Made by a program: the position numbers and the translations under genes. Under the pieces are notes generated by a model that was given only the letters and a program-made list of their open reading frames with translations, had not been told where the DNA came from and did not search any database. Below, piece by piece: positions 1 through 9,626 of a stretch of 21,652 nucleotides of DNA. The first letter of the stretch is position 1, and the number at the start of each line of letters is the position of its first letter. Source of the DNA: a virus (taxonomy: Duplodnaviria; Heunggongvirae; Uroviricota; Caudoviricetes); IMG/VR virus record IMGVR_UViG_2516143027_000011, positions 1 through 21,652 of that record. One strand, given 5' to 3'.

Positions 1-255
1 CTATTTCATTTCGTTAAGTGCGTACGCACCTCTATCAGTGAGTGCAAAAAAGCCATCCCTTACGCTGGGTTGAATCAACCCAAACATACGCAATTCACCC
101 AGTATTTGTTCTGAGCGACTACCAGCACCAGAATGCTTAATTAGTGCAAATTCAGGCTGTGCTTCTTCACTGAGCAAAGTCAATATTTTGACAATGGCGT
201 CACGTTTGCTTTCATCTGCAATGTCATGGTATGGATTGATGGAACAGGTTACCAT
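1..255 (-). CDS. Small hypothetical protein (84 aa), possible winged-helix DNA-binding fold; stand-alone gene downstream of the tail operon
   Basis: Complete ORF with ATG at 255-253 and stop at 3-1. AAGGA Shine-Dalgarno about 8 nt upstream. Segment looks more AT-rich than the phage structural genes. The wHTH suggestion comes only from the pattern SEQILGELRMFGLI...DGFFALTDRG. Confidence 0.4.
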   Translation of the reverse strand: MVTCSINPYHDIADESKRDAIVKILTLLSEEAQPEFALIKHSGAGSRSEQILGELRMFGLIQPSVRDGFFALTDRGAYALNEMK

Positions 256-395
256 AGTGTTTTCCTTTTTTTATGAAAATCATATTTTACCATATCCCAA
301 CACGCCATATTGAAGTGCTCAATATTCACTCACCCTAAAAGGTATCTGTTGTGCAATCAGTTCCCCTACTCCCAGGTATCGCGGTTAAACAGGTA

Positions 396-421
396 TCAAA
401 AAGCCGCATTATGCGCGGGCT
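396..421 (-). terminator. Putative rho-independent terminator ending the minus-strand late operon
   Basis: GC-rich imperfect hairpin (gccgcattatgcgcgggc on the plus strand) followed on the minus-strand transcript by a U5 run (plus-strand A-run 398-402), directly after the stop at 432-434. Stem has a bulge, so strength is uncertain. Confidence 0.3.
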
Positions 422-431
422 GATGGGATGA

Positions 432-2135
432 TCAGGCGATGATTTTCTGGTACTTACTTCGGGTCTGTCCTGCTTTCTCTGCTGTCTGGGTAAATGCTCC
501 GGCATTGGTTGGCGTACCAACACTGGGGTGCGAATGACTCGCACATTGCTGCGCCAGCTCTGCCAGTAAATCAATGGTGTCCAACATCATGGTCAGCGTG
601 TTTACACTCTCACTGCCGATATGGATGGTTGGCCCCATAATCTGCTGACCGCCCGATGCTACCGATTTGCGTAATGCAGTAATCTTTTCAGTCAGGCTTT
701 CGCCAACCTCCACGGCTACAGCACCGCCCACTTTAATGGACTGCTGTCCTGCTATGTCCGTTTCTTCGTTTCCTTCAATGCTGGCCAGCCTGTTACCTTT
801 CACGGCCTGGCTAAAATCCCCGGCACTGACCTGCTGAATGGCTCCGGCTAGCAGGGTGGCGGTCCCCACCACAATGGTTTTATCCGTGGCTTTAACCGTG
901 GTTTCGCGACTGACCAGATCACGTTGTTCTGTATCTGCTTTTACCGTTCGCACCATCGATGTTTCACTGATGGTCTGATCGGTCTGCCTTACCCAGTCAC
1001 CCGCCAGAGTCACCCTCTGGGATACTTCTTCCCGCTGCTGCTGCAATTGCTCACCGGGTTTAACGTCCGGCAGACTGGTGCCATCCGGTAGCGTCTGCCT
1101 GATAAAAGGTTTATCCGGTCTGCCTCCTGTGAATGCGACCTCAACCAGCGTCCCTTCTGGCGGGAACTGAAACATACCTGAATCATTCCCGGCCATTGGT
1201 ACCGGCAGCGGCACCGCTGAATAAACAGGCGTCTGATTGTCCGGATTTCCGTCTGCGTCAAGCAGCTGCACGTCCACGGCGTAACGTGGCCGGAAGGGAT
1301 CGGCAAAGTTACCGCTTTTTACCGGCTCTGAATGCGCCACGACTCTGGCCATCTTTGGCAAATGAAGCCCGGATGCCAGTTCCGGGTAATGGCTTTCAAT
1401 CTGCCGTTGCGCTGGTGTTTTCTGCAAAGGTTTACCCGTTGCGCGGTTTCTCGGCGTCCATGTGATCGCCATCGTGTCATTAGTCAGGTGAACTTTAGTC
1501 ACGCGTTCACCGTTCATCTCCACCCCTGGCCGCATAGTCTGGATCACTGGTAATGTCACAGAGTTACCGCCAGCAGCCCCCTGGCTGAACTCTGACGGGA
1601 TTTCTACTGGACGACCGGCAAACAATGACTTTTCTGCGCCGCCGACGTAAAGCGAACCATCAGGTAACTGGTACCAGATGTAATCCTGGATACTGAACGC
1701 CCTGCCCAGATTGTTCAGCAACTGATAACCAGTACCGTTATGGGTAAAATGTGGGATGGGGGTATCGCTGTACTGTGCATCAGGCACACTGACCGTGATC
1801 CCGCTGTTTTCTTCCAGCCAGCCCGCAATTTCACGCAAAGTCGGGTGTTGAAACGAACATGGCCACATCCTTTCAAACACACCTACCAGCTCACGAATGA
1901 ACAGGCGCTGAAAACCGTTTTCAGCGGGCTGCGATCGCTCCACATACCCCGTAAACCAGCGCAAAAGCAGATCGGTATACCCCACATCCAGCCGCACCAG
2001 TTTTCCGGTGTAATCGGTTGTTGTCTCTGCGGTGATGAAGCCCCGGCCGCAGCTGTTCAGCTCCAGTACCAGGCTGGCATCCACCAGGTGAACTTCATCC
2101 GTTGAAAGGTAAAGGCGTTTTACTGGTTTCATCAT
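432..2135 (-). CDS. Phage baseplate central spike/hub-like protein (567 aa) with a gpV-like OB-fold motif
   Basis: Last gene of the tail operon; ATG at 2135 overlaps the upstream stop (TAATG). Internal segment PVYSAVPLPVPMAGNDSGMFQFPPEGTLVEVAFTGGRPDKPFI resembles the OB-fold signature of P2 gpV / Mu gp45 / VgrG-type spikes. Assignment is by motif recognition only. Confidence 0.5.
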   Translation of the reverse strand: MMKPVKRLYLSTDEVHLVDASLVLELNSCGRGFITAETTTDYTGKLVRLDVGYTDLLLRWFTGYVERSQPAENGFQRLFIRELVGVFERMWPCSFQHPTLREIAGWLEENSGITVSVPDAQYSDTPIPHFTHNGTGYQLLNNLGRAFSIQDYIWYQLPDGSLYVGGAEKSLFAGRPVEIPSEFSQGAAGGNSVTLPVIQTMRPGVEMNGERVTKVHLTNDTMAITWTPRNRATGKPLQKTPAQRQIESHYPELASGLHLPKMARVVAHSEPVKSGNFADPFRPRYAVDVQLLDADGNPDNQTPVYSAVPLPVPMAGNDSGMFQFPPEGTLVEVAFTGGRPDKPFIRQTLPDGTSLPDVKPGEQLQQQREEVSQRVTLAGDWVRQTDQTISETSMVRTVKADTEQRDLVSRETTVKATDKTIVVGTATLLAGAIQQVSAGDFSQAVKGNRLASIEGNEETDIAGQQSIKVGGAVAVEVGESLTEKITALRKSVASGGQQIMGPTIHIGSESVNTLTMMLDTIDLLAELAQQCASHSHPSVGTPTNAGAFTQTAEKAGQTRSKYQKIIA

Positions 2136-2680
2136 TAACCCAAAGCATCATTGACGGGTTTCAGCACTTTGCGTTCAAACCACGTCAGTTTTTCTTCATC
2201 TTCTCCGGCAGACTGGCCACCGTTCTGTCCCGCACTACCGGCAGTCTGTTTTTTTGCGGTCGTCTTACCTGTTGCCCTGGCCTCTCGCTTTTCCTGCACG
2301 CTGATATGTTCCGCCAGTGTGAATGTCACCAGCCAGGCCATTTTCCCGTCCTGCTGGGGTGCATCCAGCATTCCGCTGAACGTTGCTTCACGAAAATTAA
2401 CAGCACGGGCAACTTCATGCGCCACTCGGTACTTCTGACGATTACCACTGGCATCGGTAGCACTGGCCAGCTCAAAAATACGCTTCAGTATTTCAGGCTG
2501 TTTAAAAGGTATTTCACCGCTGATCCGCAGTTCCTTTCCCTTTGCTCCCTGCTCTGATTTTGTTGTGGCACTGGTCTGGCCGGACTGATCTTTATCCTGA
2601 AATTGCTGTGAAACAGTCACCCGCATGTTTTTCAGCTGGATGGCCTCGCCATTAAGCGCCAGTGTCGGGATCGAAGTCAT
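2135..2680 (-). CDS. Phage tail/baseplate-associated protein of unknown function (181 aa, charged, Q/K/E-rich)
   Basis: ATG at 2680 with AAGGGA Shine-Dalgarno; overlaps flanking genes in an operon arrangement; normal GC. Function not recognised. Confidence 0.45.
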   Translation of the reverse strand: MTSIPTLALNGEAIQLKNMRVTVSQQFQDKDQSGQTSATTKSEQGAKGKELRISGEIPFKQPEILKRIFELASATDASGNRQKYRVAHEVARAVNFREATFSGMLDAPQQDGKMAWLVTFTLAEHISVQEKREARATGKTTAKKQTAGSAGQNGGQSAGEDEEKLTWFERKVLKPVNDALG

Positions 2681-3377
2681 GAATCATTCCCTTTATTCCA
2701 TCAAGATTATCGCCAACCAGCATCATGGCTGCGGTGTAAACGGCAGACTGCTGCGGAATGTCCTTCACCAGTTCCAGTAACGTTGTGCCGGTGTCTCCGC
2801 TGGCAGTAAAAACCCACGCTCTGGCACTCTTCCCCTGTAAGTCATTCAGGCCGCTGGCCACATCACTGATAAGCTGGTCACGCAGCTGCGTGAACTCGCC
2901 CAGCTGTTTTTTCAGCCCTTCGATATCAAATCCGGCACCCGCCACCTTTTGTGCCTGGTTGATTGCCGCAGCAGATAAAGCTGCCCTGCTGGTTGGTACA
3001 GACAGTGGAATGGACGCAGGTAACGCTGCGGCGGTTTTCGCCGGGATCTGCATCTTTTCAATAGCCAGCGCTGCGGCGGATTGCGCCAGCCGTTTTACCT
3101 GCGTGAATGCCGGGGCGGGGAAAATCCCGACCAGGTTATTCAGGCTGGCCATAAAGTTTTCCTGCGTCTGTCCGGTGACCATCATAATCACCACGTCCAC
3201 ATTCCCCCCAGTTCCGGCCAGGCGTTCAGCAAGATAGCGAACAGCATTAACCGGGCTGAGATATGCCCCGTTCGCTGTCTGCTGTCCCAGCCCATAAATC
3301 CACGGATGCGCAGGGACGATCGAACAGTTCAGCGCAGCAACAGAATCCGTGAAGGCCAGACGTGCTTCACGCCACAT
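2652..3377 (-). CDS. Phage tail-associated protein of unknown function (about 241 aa)
   Basis: Start set to the internal ATG at 3377, which has a GGAGGT Shine-Dalgarno 8 nt upstream; the track start at 3413 would overlap the upstream gene by 47 nt. Function not recognised. Confidence 0.45.
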   Translation of the reverse strand: MWREARLAFTDSVAALNCSIVPAHPWIYGLGQQTANGAYLSPVNAVRYLAERLAGTGGNVDVVIMMVTGQTQENFMASLNNLVGIFPAPAFTQVKRLAQSAAALAIEKMQIPAKTAAALPASIPLSVPTSRAALSAAAINQAQKVAGAGFDIEGLKKQLGEFTQLRDQLISDVASGLNDLQGKSARAWVFTASGDTGTTLLELVKDIPQQSAVYTAAMMLVGDNLDGIKGMIHDFDPDTGA

Positions 3378-3954
3378 TTCCAGGCACCTCCGGCCACACA
3401 ATTTCCGGCGCATCTTCCGCTTGAATACGATTCAGTAAAACGCGGTATTTTTTCCATGCGGTAAGTAACAATGTTTCTTCCTGGCTCGCCATGCCTAAAA
3501 CAACAGCATCCTGCAATGTGGCAATGGCAGTATGGGCCTGTTTAAGCAGTCTTATCTTTTCCAATTCTGCCTCACGGGTTAATGCAACTCGCATAGACTC
3601 AGCATCATCCTCCCATTTACTGCCATTCCATTTTTGCCATGCGTTTTCAGGCTCCAGAGTGGTTGTTCCAGCTGGATAATCCCCTGGTGCTGTTATCACG
3701 AACCTTCTAGCGTCTTTCGTATCAAATACAATTTCGCCACGGTGATCTTTAATAGCAATCCATTTCTGTTTTTCTGTATTAAAAATTGCCACGAATCCGT
3801 CTTTTGTTAATGGAGGTTTAATTGTGGTGCAATTGGCTGGTAGTCCTGTGTGAGCGGGAATAAAAGCGTTATCACTACCAATAAACTCATTCGTCTCAGG
3901 ATGAAGTTTATAAACAGTAACTGTTTGATCGATATCACTCATTTTAAATATCAT
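3367..3954 (-). CDS. Tail fibre assembly protein (Tfa, lambda Tfa / P2 gpG family)
   Basis: C-terminal motif LLLTAWKKYRVLLNRIQAEDAPEIVWPEVPG is characteristic of tail fibre assembly chaperones; lies immediately downstream of the tail fibre gene. An alternative start at 3942 is possible. Confidence 0.8.
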   Translation of the reverse strand: MIFKMSDIDQTVTVYKLHPETNEFIGSDNAFIPAHTGLPANCTTIKPPLTKDGFVAIFNTEKQKWIAIKDHRGEIVFDTKDARRFVITAPGDYPAGTTTLEPENAWQKWNGSKWEDDAESMRVALTREAELEKIRLLKQAHTAIATLQDAVVLGMASQEETLLLTAWKKYRVLLNRIQAEDAPEIVWPEVPGNVA

Positions 3955-5561
3955 TAAGCGAGTCTCACGATATAGTTTAATGCAATGTTTTTAACAGTGT
4001 TTTCTGAAGTACCCGCAGCATTAACCGTAATGGTGTGTCCATGCGAACCAATCGCAACAGAGTGCGTATGAGCACCAATACCGACAGTATGTTTATGCTC
4101 CCCAGCACTTGCTGCAGTACCTGATACCGAGTGGGTGTGTGCGCCCGCAGAATTCGTTGCACCTAAGTGAGTTTGAGCAGAGTTCGACGAAGCTACTCTA
4201 CCGGAGCTAACGTTAGCATTATCTCCCTGAGATATCGGATGTGTATGTGCACCTGCTGAAGCAGCTGTTCCGCTAACACTATGGGTATGAGCACCAGTGT
4301 TATTCGTAGATTTAGTTCCATAATCAAACGATGATGTGGTTTTTGTCCCTAAATCGGTATTTGAGGCACTGGCGCTATGGGTATGTGACTTAATATTATC
4401 CTGTTCATAAGATAATACGGCGCGTCCGCTGTTAGGCTTACCTTTAATCGTCTGCCCGCGCATATCAGGAATAACACCCAATGGATACGCAGCAGCCAAT
4501 AATGGATATACTGCCTTATCAAAAGACTGCCCCTGCATAATTGCCCAGCCAGGAGGTGGAATATCTGCTGGCCATGGAAGTGGAACACCAACCGGCAGAA
4601 CATCACTACGACTTAAAACGGCCAGTTCACCCAGCTCCAGGCTTTTTCTTGCTTTCACCTTGTCGCTAACATCAGCAAGGTTTGCATCCTTACGCAAAAA
4701 ATCGCTGCTGGCCTGCTGTTCTCCCAGGCTACCCTTTGGCCGTAAATCCGTGATGTTGCCATCCGCATCAATGCTGGCCACAGCAAACACATAATGCTGA
4801 ACCCCGTTCTGAACATAATCAGCAAGATTTGCTGCCACCGTGATTTTGCTCTGCACATTCCAGACACTGGTCAGTGTCCCTGTCCAGCACACATCCAGCC
4901 AGACTTTTACCGGCTTTGTCGTTACCGTAATATTCTGATTCGCAGCCAGTGACGCACGAAGTCCAGCCACATACCCCGTGCCTTTCGTGACAAAAAACTG
5001 ATTGCCGGTTTTGGCTACCAGATACCCGTTACCAAAAAACGCCGCCGCGCCATAAATATCCATATTTTCCAGGCGCTGGCGTTCATCCATTCCGGCCAGA
5101 CGTGCAGTAAAATCAATCTGCCATGTTTCAGCGGGTGTATTAATCCCGGTTTCCGTTTGTGCGCCATTGTACTCCATCAGAAACGAGCGGGTCAGCACGT
5201 TCCCCTGTTGACCTTCTTTTGTTTTCAGTTTCTGCTGTGATGGTGCATGGACAATCATTGCCAGCGTACCGCTGGCCTTATTGAGCAGACCGATCCAGTT
5301 AAAACTGAAATCACCCACATCTGCGCCCAGCACTACGGAATAGACCACACCGTTTTCATCCACCACACCGGTGCGGGTAACAGACTGCCGGTGAACAATC
5401 TGTGCAGCCGGTGGTAATGTTTCATTGCGGTCAACAGGTGTATCCGGGTTTAAATCCGGCACACTGGCAAAAACAAATTCATCCAGTAGTACCGGTTCAC
5501 CCGTTGCGCCCTGCTGCGCTTTCCAGTTTTCAAACGCCAGTGTGATGGCTGTCTGTGACAT
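3954..5561 (-). CDS. Tail fibre protein (535 aa) with a C-terminal His-rich repeat region
   Basis: AAGGAGG Shine-Dalgarno 5 nt upstream of ATG at 5561. Position between the tail protein I gene and the tail fibre assembly gene. C-terminus carries repeated [15 protein letters not shown] units. Confidence 0.8.
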   Translation of the reverse strand: MSQTAITLAFENWKAQQGATGEPVLLDEFVFASVPDLNPDTPVDRNETLPPAAQIVHRQSVTRTGVVDENGVVYSVVLGADVGDFSFNWIGLLNKASGTLAMIVHAPSQQKLKTKEGQQGNVLTRSFLMEYNGAQTETGINTPAETWQIDFTARLAGMDERQRLENMDIYGAAAFFGNGYLVAKTGNQFFVTKGTGYVAGLRASLAANQNITVTTKPVKVWLDVCWTGTLTSVWNVQSKITVAANLADYVQNGVQHYVFAVASIDADGNITDLRPKGSLGEQQASSDFLRKDANLADVSDKVKARKSLELGELAVLSRSDVLPVGVPLPWPADIPPPGWAIMQGQSFDKAVYPLLAAAYPLGVIPDMRGQTIKGKPNSGRAVLSYEQDNIKSHTHSASASNTDLGTKTTSSFDYGTKSTNNTGAHTHSVSGTAASAGAHTHPISQGDNANVSSGRVASSNSAQTHLGATNSAGAHTHSVSGTAASAGEHKHTVGIGAHTHSVAIGSHGHTITVNAAGTSENTVKNIALNYIVRLA

Positions 5562-5571
5562 AAAAACCTCC

Positions 5572-6165
5572 TTACAAACTCGCGCTGAATGTTGCGCTGC
5601 GGGCTTCCGTCCCTGCTAACGTCGCCGGGTAAACCACATATTCCCCCTGACCCCACCCGGCCCTGATAACCAGGCTTTCAGGCGTGATCACCTCAAACTG
5701 ATAACGGCGGCATGTTCGCCCGTACTGGCGGATTATCTGGATCAGCAGCTGCGTGTTGTCTGCAATCTGGCTGTCTGTAACCCGAACCAGAATCACATCC
5801 CAGTCGATATCCGGTTGCCGTTCGAACAGCTCCACATAACCAATTCCCAGCCGTTCAAAGATATTGATAAACCCCTCAACTGAACCAGCATCCCGCGCAT
5901 TCACGAAGGCAAAAGCCACACGTTTGCGGAACAGGGTCAACGGTTCACCATCAAAGCGGGTGATATCCCGGTCATAAGCCAGCAGGTTCAGTAATGCCGG
6001 TGTACACGTCAGCGGATCAAACTGATTCATTGGCCAGGTAATCCAGCCGTAAACCTCAGCCCAGAACCGCCGCGCCGTTTTCAGCAATTTCCCCGGTTCG
6101 CCTTTATTCATCCAGGACGGCAGGAACATCCCGGCCAGCTTTTTCATGAACTCATTCATTCTCAA
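5572..6165 (-). CDS. Phage tail protein I (P2 gpI-like baseplate protein)
   Basis: 197-aa ORF immediately downstream of the baseplate J gene, at the position and size of P2 gpI. Start could be 6165 or 6159. Confidence 0.65.
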   Translation of the reverse strand: MRMNEFMKKLAGMFLPSWMNKGEPGKLLKTARRFWAEVYGWITWPMNQFDPLTCTPALLNLLAYDRDITRFDGEPLTLFRKRVAFAFVNARDAGSVEGFINIFERLGIGYVELFERQPDIDWDVILVRVTDSQIADNTQLLIQIIRQYGRTCRRYQFEVITPESLVIRAGWGQGEYVVYPATLAGTEARSATFSASL

Positions 6166-7336
6166 TATTCACCGTCAGTGATTTCAGACGCGGCACGCTC
6201 AGTTCACTGGTAATGTCTCCCAACGAAAATGTCAGTGATTCCGTCTGTGCAAAGGTTTTATGAATTTCCCGCCCCAGTTGCGAAAAGGAAAACCGCGAAT
6301 ATGGCCACGTCTTTCTGACGTCATAATCAGCATTTTCACGAAAGGCACAGCGGATCATGTTTTCAATGCCGGCCTTCAGCGTTTTCACCTCTTCGTCACT
6401 GAAGTTGTTCAGATTTTTGACATAAACTGTGACGGCCAGATCGTGAAGCGTTTCCGGCATGGGATAGCACTGCATATCATCACCATGCCCGTGGTGCCCC
6501 AGCGTGTTGATATAGTCATTCACCGCATCCACGAACGGCGCTGATGCCACCCCACTGTCCAGTAATAAAAAGGCGTTGGCTGTTCCTGGCCCCCTCGGTG
6601 CTTCATGCTCAAAGAAAATCCGATCGATACTCAACCCGGCAACACTGGCGATCATTGAGCGATAAACCGCATCAGTGTGGTAATTCCCCACCAGATTGAA
6701 CTGATTGCGGCAACGCTCGCGCAATTCATCATCACTTTCCTCGTCAGCCCCCGGCACTGTCAGCCAGTTTTCCTCACTGGCCACATGGCTGATACCACTG
6801 ACCGCCATCGGCAGAATGCGGTAATATCCGGGCGCAAGGTTATATGCGCCCCCGGTGCCAGTGGCTTTCACCGGCAGTAATGCGCTGGCCGCGCCGGAAG
6901 CGATCACCACATCCTCAGTGGTGGCCAGCTCATACACTCGCCCGTTAATGCGTTCTGTCTGGATAACCGTCCCGGCGTTGACCGTCACAACGGCCTTTGC
7001 ATCTTCTTTGAAGAACCGAATACCCCCCTGCGCAGCGCTCGCTGGTTTTGCCGTGACGTTCACCGCCCATGCCAGCAAACGCAACATGCTCCCGCTGGCT
7101 GTGGCCACAAACATATTGGCCAGCACGGTTAACACCAGAACGTCTTTAAGCCACATCACCGGGGCGGTCACAATGGCGGTGATTAATCGCCAGAACGGTG
7201 ACATTCGGGATGTATTGGTGATAATTCCCTCATCTGCTGCAATTGCATTGAAGCGTTCCCGCACTTCGGCCTCCGTTACCGGCATACCGCTGTCTTTCAC
7301 CACTTCTTCAAAATCAACCTGCGGTTTTTCCGTCAT
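6152..7336 (-). CDS. Baseplate J-like protein (P2 gpJ / gp47 family)
   Basis: Start set to ATG at 7336, which overlaps the upstream stop (ATGA); the track ORF start at 7390 is further upstream. Size and position between the W-like and I-like genes fit baseplate J. Confidence 0.7.
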   Translation of the reverse strand: MTEKPQVDFEEVVKDSGMPVTEAEVRERFNAIAADEGIITNTSRMSPFWRLITAIVTAPVMWLKDVLVLTVLANMFVATASGSMLRLLAWAVNVTAKPASAAQGGIRFFKEDAKAVVTVNAGTVIQTERINGRVYELATTEDVVIASGAASALLPVKATGTGGAYNLAPGYYRILPMAVSGISHVASEENWLTVPGADEESDDELRERCRNQFNLVGNYHTDAVYRSMIASVAGLSIDRIFFEHEAPRGPGTANAFLLLDSGVASAPFVDAVNDYINTLGHHGHGDDMQCYPMPETLHDLAVTVYVKNLNNFSDEEVKTLKAGIENMIRCAFRENADYDVRKTWPYSRFSFSQLGREIHKTFAQTESLTFSLGDITSELSVPRLKSLTVNIENE

Positions 7337-7662
7337 AAATCCACCTGCGCAGAGATCCCGCCAAAATCGTATGTACTCGCGGTTACCCACAACCGCTTCT
7401 GACTTTCTTCACTGATTTCCACCGTACCCGGCACAATGCGTTCATCATCTTCAATCAGTAATTCCATGCGGGTAAAAATATCCGCTCTCATTGTCGGGCT
7501 ACGTTCGGCAATTAATTCCGTCGCTAACCCACTTTCAATAATGGAATGAATAATGTCCTGCCCGATACTTTTTCGGTTATTACATAATTCAGGTTCATTA
7601 CCGGTATTCAGAACAAAGTCACCGCTCTGAATCAGCAAATCGATATAAAGAACATCACTCAT
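7333..7662 (-). CDS. Baseplate wedge protein, gpW / gp25-like (109 aa)
   Basis: Start set to ATG at 7662, which overlaps the tape measure stop (ATGA). N-terminal pattern DLLIQSGDFVLNTGNEPEL...IGQDIIHSI fits the gpW/gp25 fold; sits immediately before baseplate J as in P2. Confidence 0.55.
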   Translation of the reverse strand: MSDVLYIDLLIQSGDFVLNTGNEPELCNNRKSIGQDIIHSIIESGLATELIAERSPTMRADIFTRMELLIEDDERIVPGTVEISEESQKRLWVTASTYDFGGISAQVDL

Positions 7663-9626
7663 GCGCCAAGCTCCTGCCATTCCATAAGCTGGGATGGAGA
7701 AAGTGCTTCTTTGGTATGGAAATGCACTTCACCAATTTTCCGGCTGTTATCGGTTACGGATTTACTGTTGCTGTTGATTGTTTTGCTGATACCACCTTTA
7801 TCCACACCTTTTAAATCACCCCCCGTTGACAGTGTATTTCCGGTTAATGGCTGCGTGGTTTCACTGGCCAGTGAAATATCCACGCCGGGAATTTTATTCA
7901 GTTTCTGAACAATCCAGTTCCACGACTTAAGAAATCCCCCTTTGATTGACTTCCAGACATTATCAAACAGCGACATAATGCCGGAGGCCATCCCCTTTAA
8001 CGCCTCAGACGGTGAAAATCCTGTCAGCAAAGAAATAAAGCTGTTCCATCCTTCACTGATATATTGCCAGGCTGAAGCAAAGATCCCCGCCAGCCACTTC
8101 ACCACGGCGGCACATGTCTGGAAGGCTTCGGTATTCATCACCGCTGCTTTTATCGTGTCCCAGTGCTTAACCAGCAGATAACAACCGGCAACCAGCAGCG
8201 CAATGGCACCAATCACAAGCAGGATCGGCCAGCTCATCAGGTTGATACCAATTCCGGCCATAATTGCGGCCATGCGTACCGCCAGTAACGCACCGCGCAA
8301 AAACTTCAGCGTGGTATTCCAGGCGATTACCGCCATTTGCGCCAGCCAGACAGTGGCCGTGTAGATTTTCGTAACCGCCGTTAACGCCACCCAGATCCCG
8401 CGCAATCCCATCATGATGAATCTGGATACCCCCATCACGATATTGGCCACCGCTCCCACAGCGGCAAAGCTCAGTAATGCCATCGACGCATAACCAATCA
8501 TACGGGCAATGTTAGGAAATAACTGCATCCAGCGGGCAAAGGTCTGCCCCATATCAGCCAGGCGATTCAGAACCGGATACAGCACCGGGATCAGCGTCAG
8601 CCCGATCACGGTCTGAATGGCTTTCAGGATTTGCACAAAGCGATCCCACGGCTTGACCATTTTTTGTGCCATTTCCTGGGTACGCTTCAGGCCATCCGCG
8701 CCGCCCAGTTCGGTGATGTTCCGCTGAAGTAACGCGACATTGCCGTAAAGATGTTTAACCACTGCCGAACTGTCACCAAAGGCTGCATCCAGCTCCGTCT
8801 GGGCTTTCAGGTTCCCTTCAAGGCTTTTGCCATATTTGCCCTGCAACTTGATCAGCATTTCAGGCATGGACAGCATTTTGCCGGTGGAGTCAGTAAAGGA
8901 CAGCCCCAGCTTTTTAGCGCCATCAATCGCGCCGGTCATAAATCCTTCATAGGCGCTGCTGGCTTCCGTTCCCAGCGTCCGCTGAAGTTGCCCCAGCACG
9001 GCCAGCTGTTCATCCAGCCCCACACCGTAGTTAGTCCCGACGCCGCGCGCACCTTCCATCAAATCCTTGATAGTGGCCATTTCTGTGCCAAAGGTTTTGC
9101 GCATATAAACCATCTTGCCTGCCAGTTGCTCGGCAAACTCCACCTTGCCCAGTCTGGCGGCATCGGCGGAAAAGTTACCGAACATCTGCCCCATAAATTC
9201 CGCCGTGTCCGCCGCTGTGGACTTGAGCGCAAACGCCAGGGTATTGGCGACTTTCGTCACCTTCGGCAGTTCATTACCCGTCAGTCCGGCAATGGAAGCG
9301 TTAATATTTTCCGTGGATTTAACGAACTCCACCGCGCTGGCACCGTAGGTTGTACTGAAACGCAGGGCATCACGCTGAACGGTCTTAAGCGCGGAATCAT
9401 CAATCCCTTTTGCGGCGGCATCATTCAGCGCGTCATACATTTCAATTGCCGGTGATAATGCGCCTTTGATCGCCATCCCGACACCGGCCAGCGCCACCGC
9501 GCCGCCGCCAATCTGCATAAAGGCCGCTTTTGATTTTTCCGCAAAGCCGGTGACGTTACCCTGCACCTGTTTTAACGGGCGGGATAATTTATCAATCAGG
9601 CTCAATGTAAAATCTAATTGTTTCAT
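7659..9626 (-). CDS. Tail tape measure protein (655 aa)
   Basis: Long Ala/Gly-rich helical protein with central hydrophobic segments; directly follows the tail chaperone gene, and its ATG overlaps the stop of the chaperone frameshift extension. Confidence 0.85.
   Translation of the reverse strand: MKQLDFTLSLIDKLSRPLKQVQGNVTGFAEKSKAAFMQIGGGAVALAGVGMAIKGALSPAIEMYDALNDAAAKGIDDSALKTVQRDALRFSTTYGASAVEFVKSTENINASIAGLTGNELPKVTKVANTLAFALKSTAADTAEFMGQMFGNFSADAARLGKVEFAEQLAGKMVYMRKTFGTEMATIKDLMEGARGVGTNYGVGLDEQLAVLGQLQRTLGTEASSAYEGFMTGAIDGAKKLGLSFTDSTGKMLSMPEMLIKLQGKYGKSLEGNLKAQTELDAAFGDSSAVVKHLYGNVALLQRNITELGGADGLKRTQEMAQKMVKPWDRFVQILKAIQTVIGLTLIPVLYPVLNRLADMGQTFARWMQLFPNIARMIGYASMALLSFAAVGAVANIVMGVSRFIMMGLRGIWVALTAVTKIYTATVWLAQMAVIAWNTTLKFLRGALLAVRMAAIMAGIGINLMSWPILLVIGAIALLVAGCYLLVKHWDTIKAAVMNTEAFQTCAAVVKWLAGIFASAWQYISEGWNSFISLLTGFSPSEALKGMASGIMSLFDNVWKSIKGGFLKSWNWIVQKLNKIPGVDISLASETTQPLTGNTLSTGGDLKGVDKGGISKTINSNSKSVTDNSRKIGEVHFHTKEALSPSQLMEWQELGA

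Noticed and set aside
1133-2105. Several plus-strand ORFs (110, 73 and 121 aa) inside the spike-like gene
   Set aside because: They overlap a long, operon-coupled minus-strand gene and have no start-context support; treated as spurious.
2652-3413. Idea that the three genes after the fibre assembly gene are a defence system in the Z/fun-equivalent hotspot
   Set aside because: The 567-aa protein has a gpV-like spike OB-fold motif, and the three genes have phage-like GC content and are translationally coupled to the tail operon, so structural roles are more likely. Kept only as a low-interest finding.
8751-9455. Plus-strand 234-aa ORF inside the tape measure gene
   Set aside because: Antisense to a well-supported long structural gene and lacks a recognisable ribosome-binding site; its sequence has no recognisable features.
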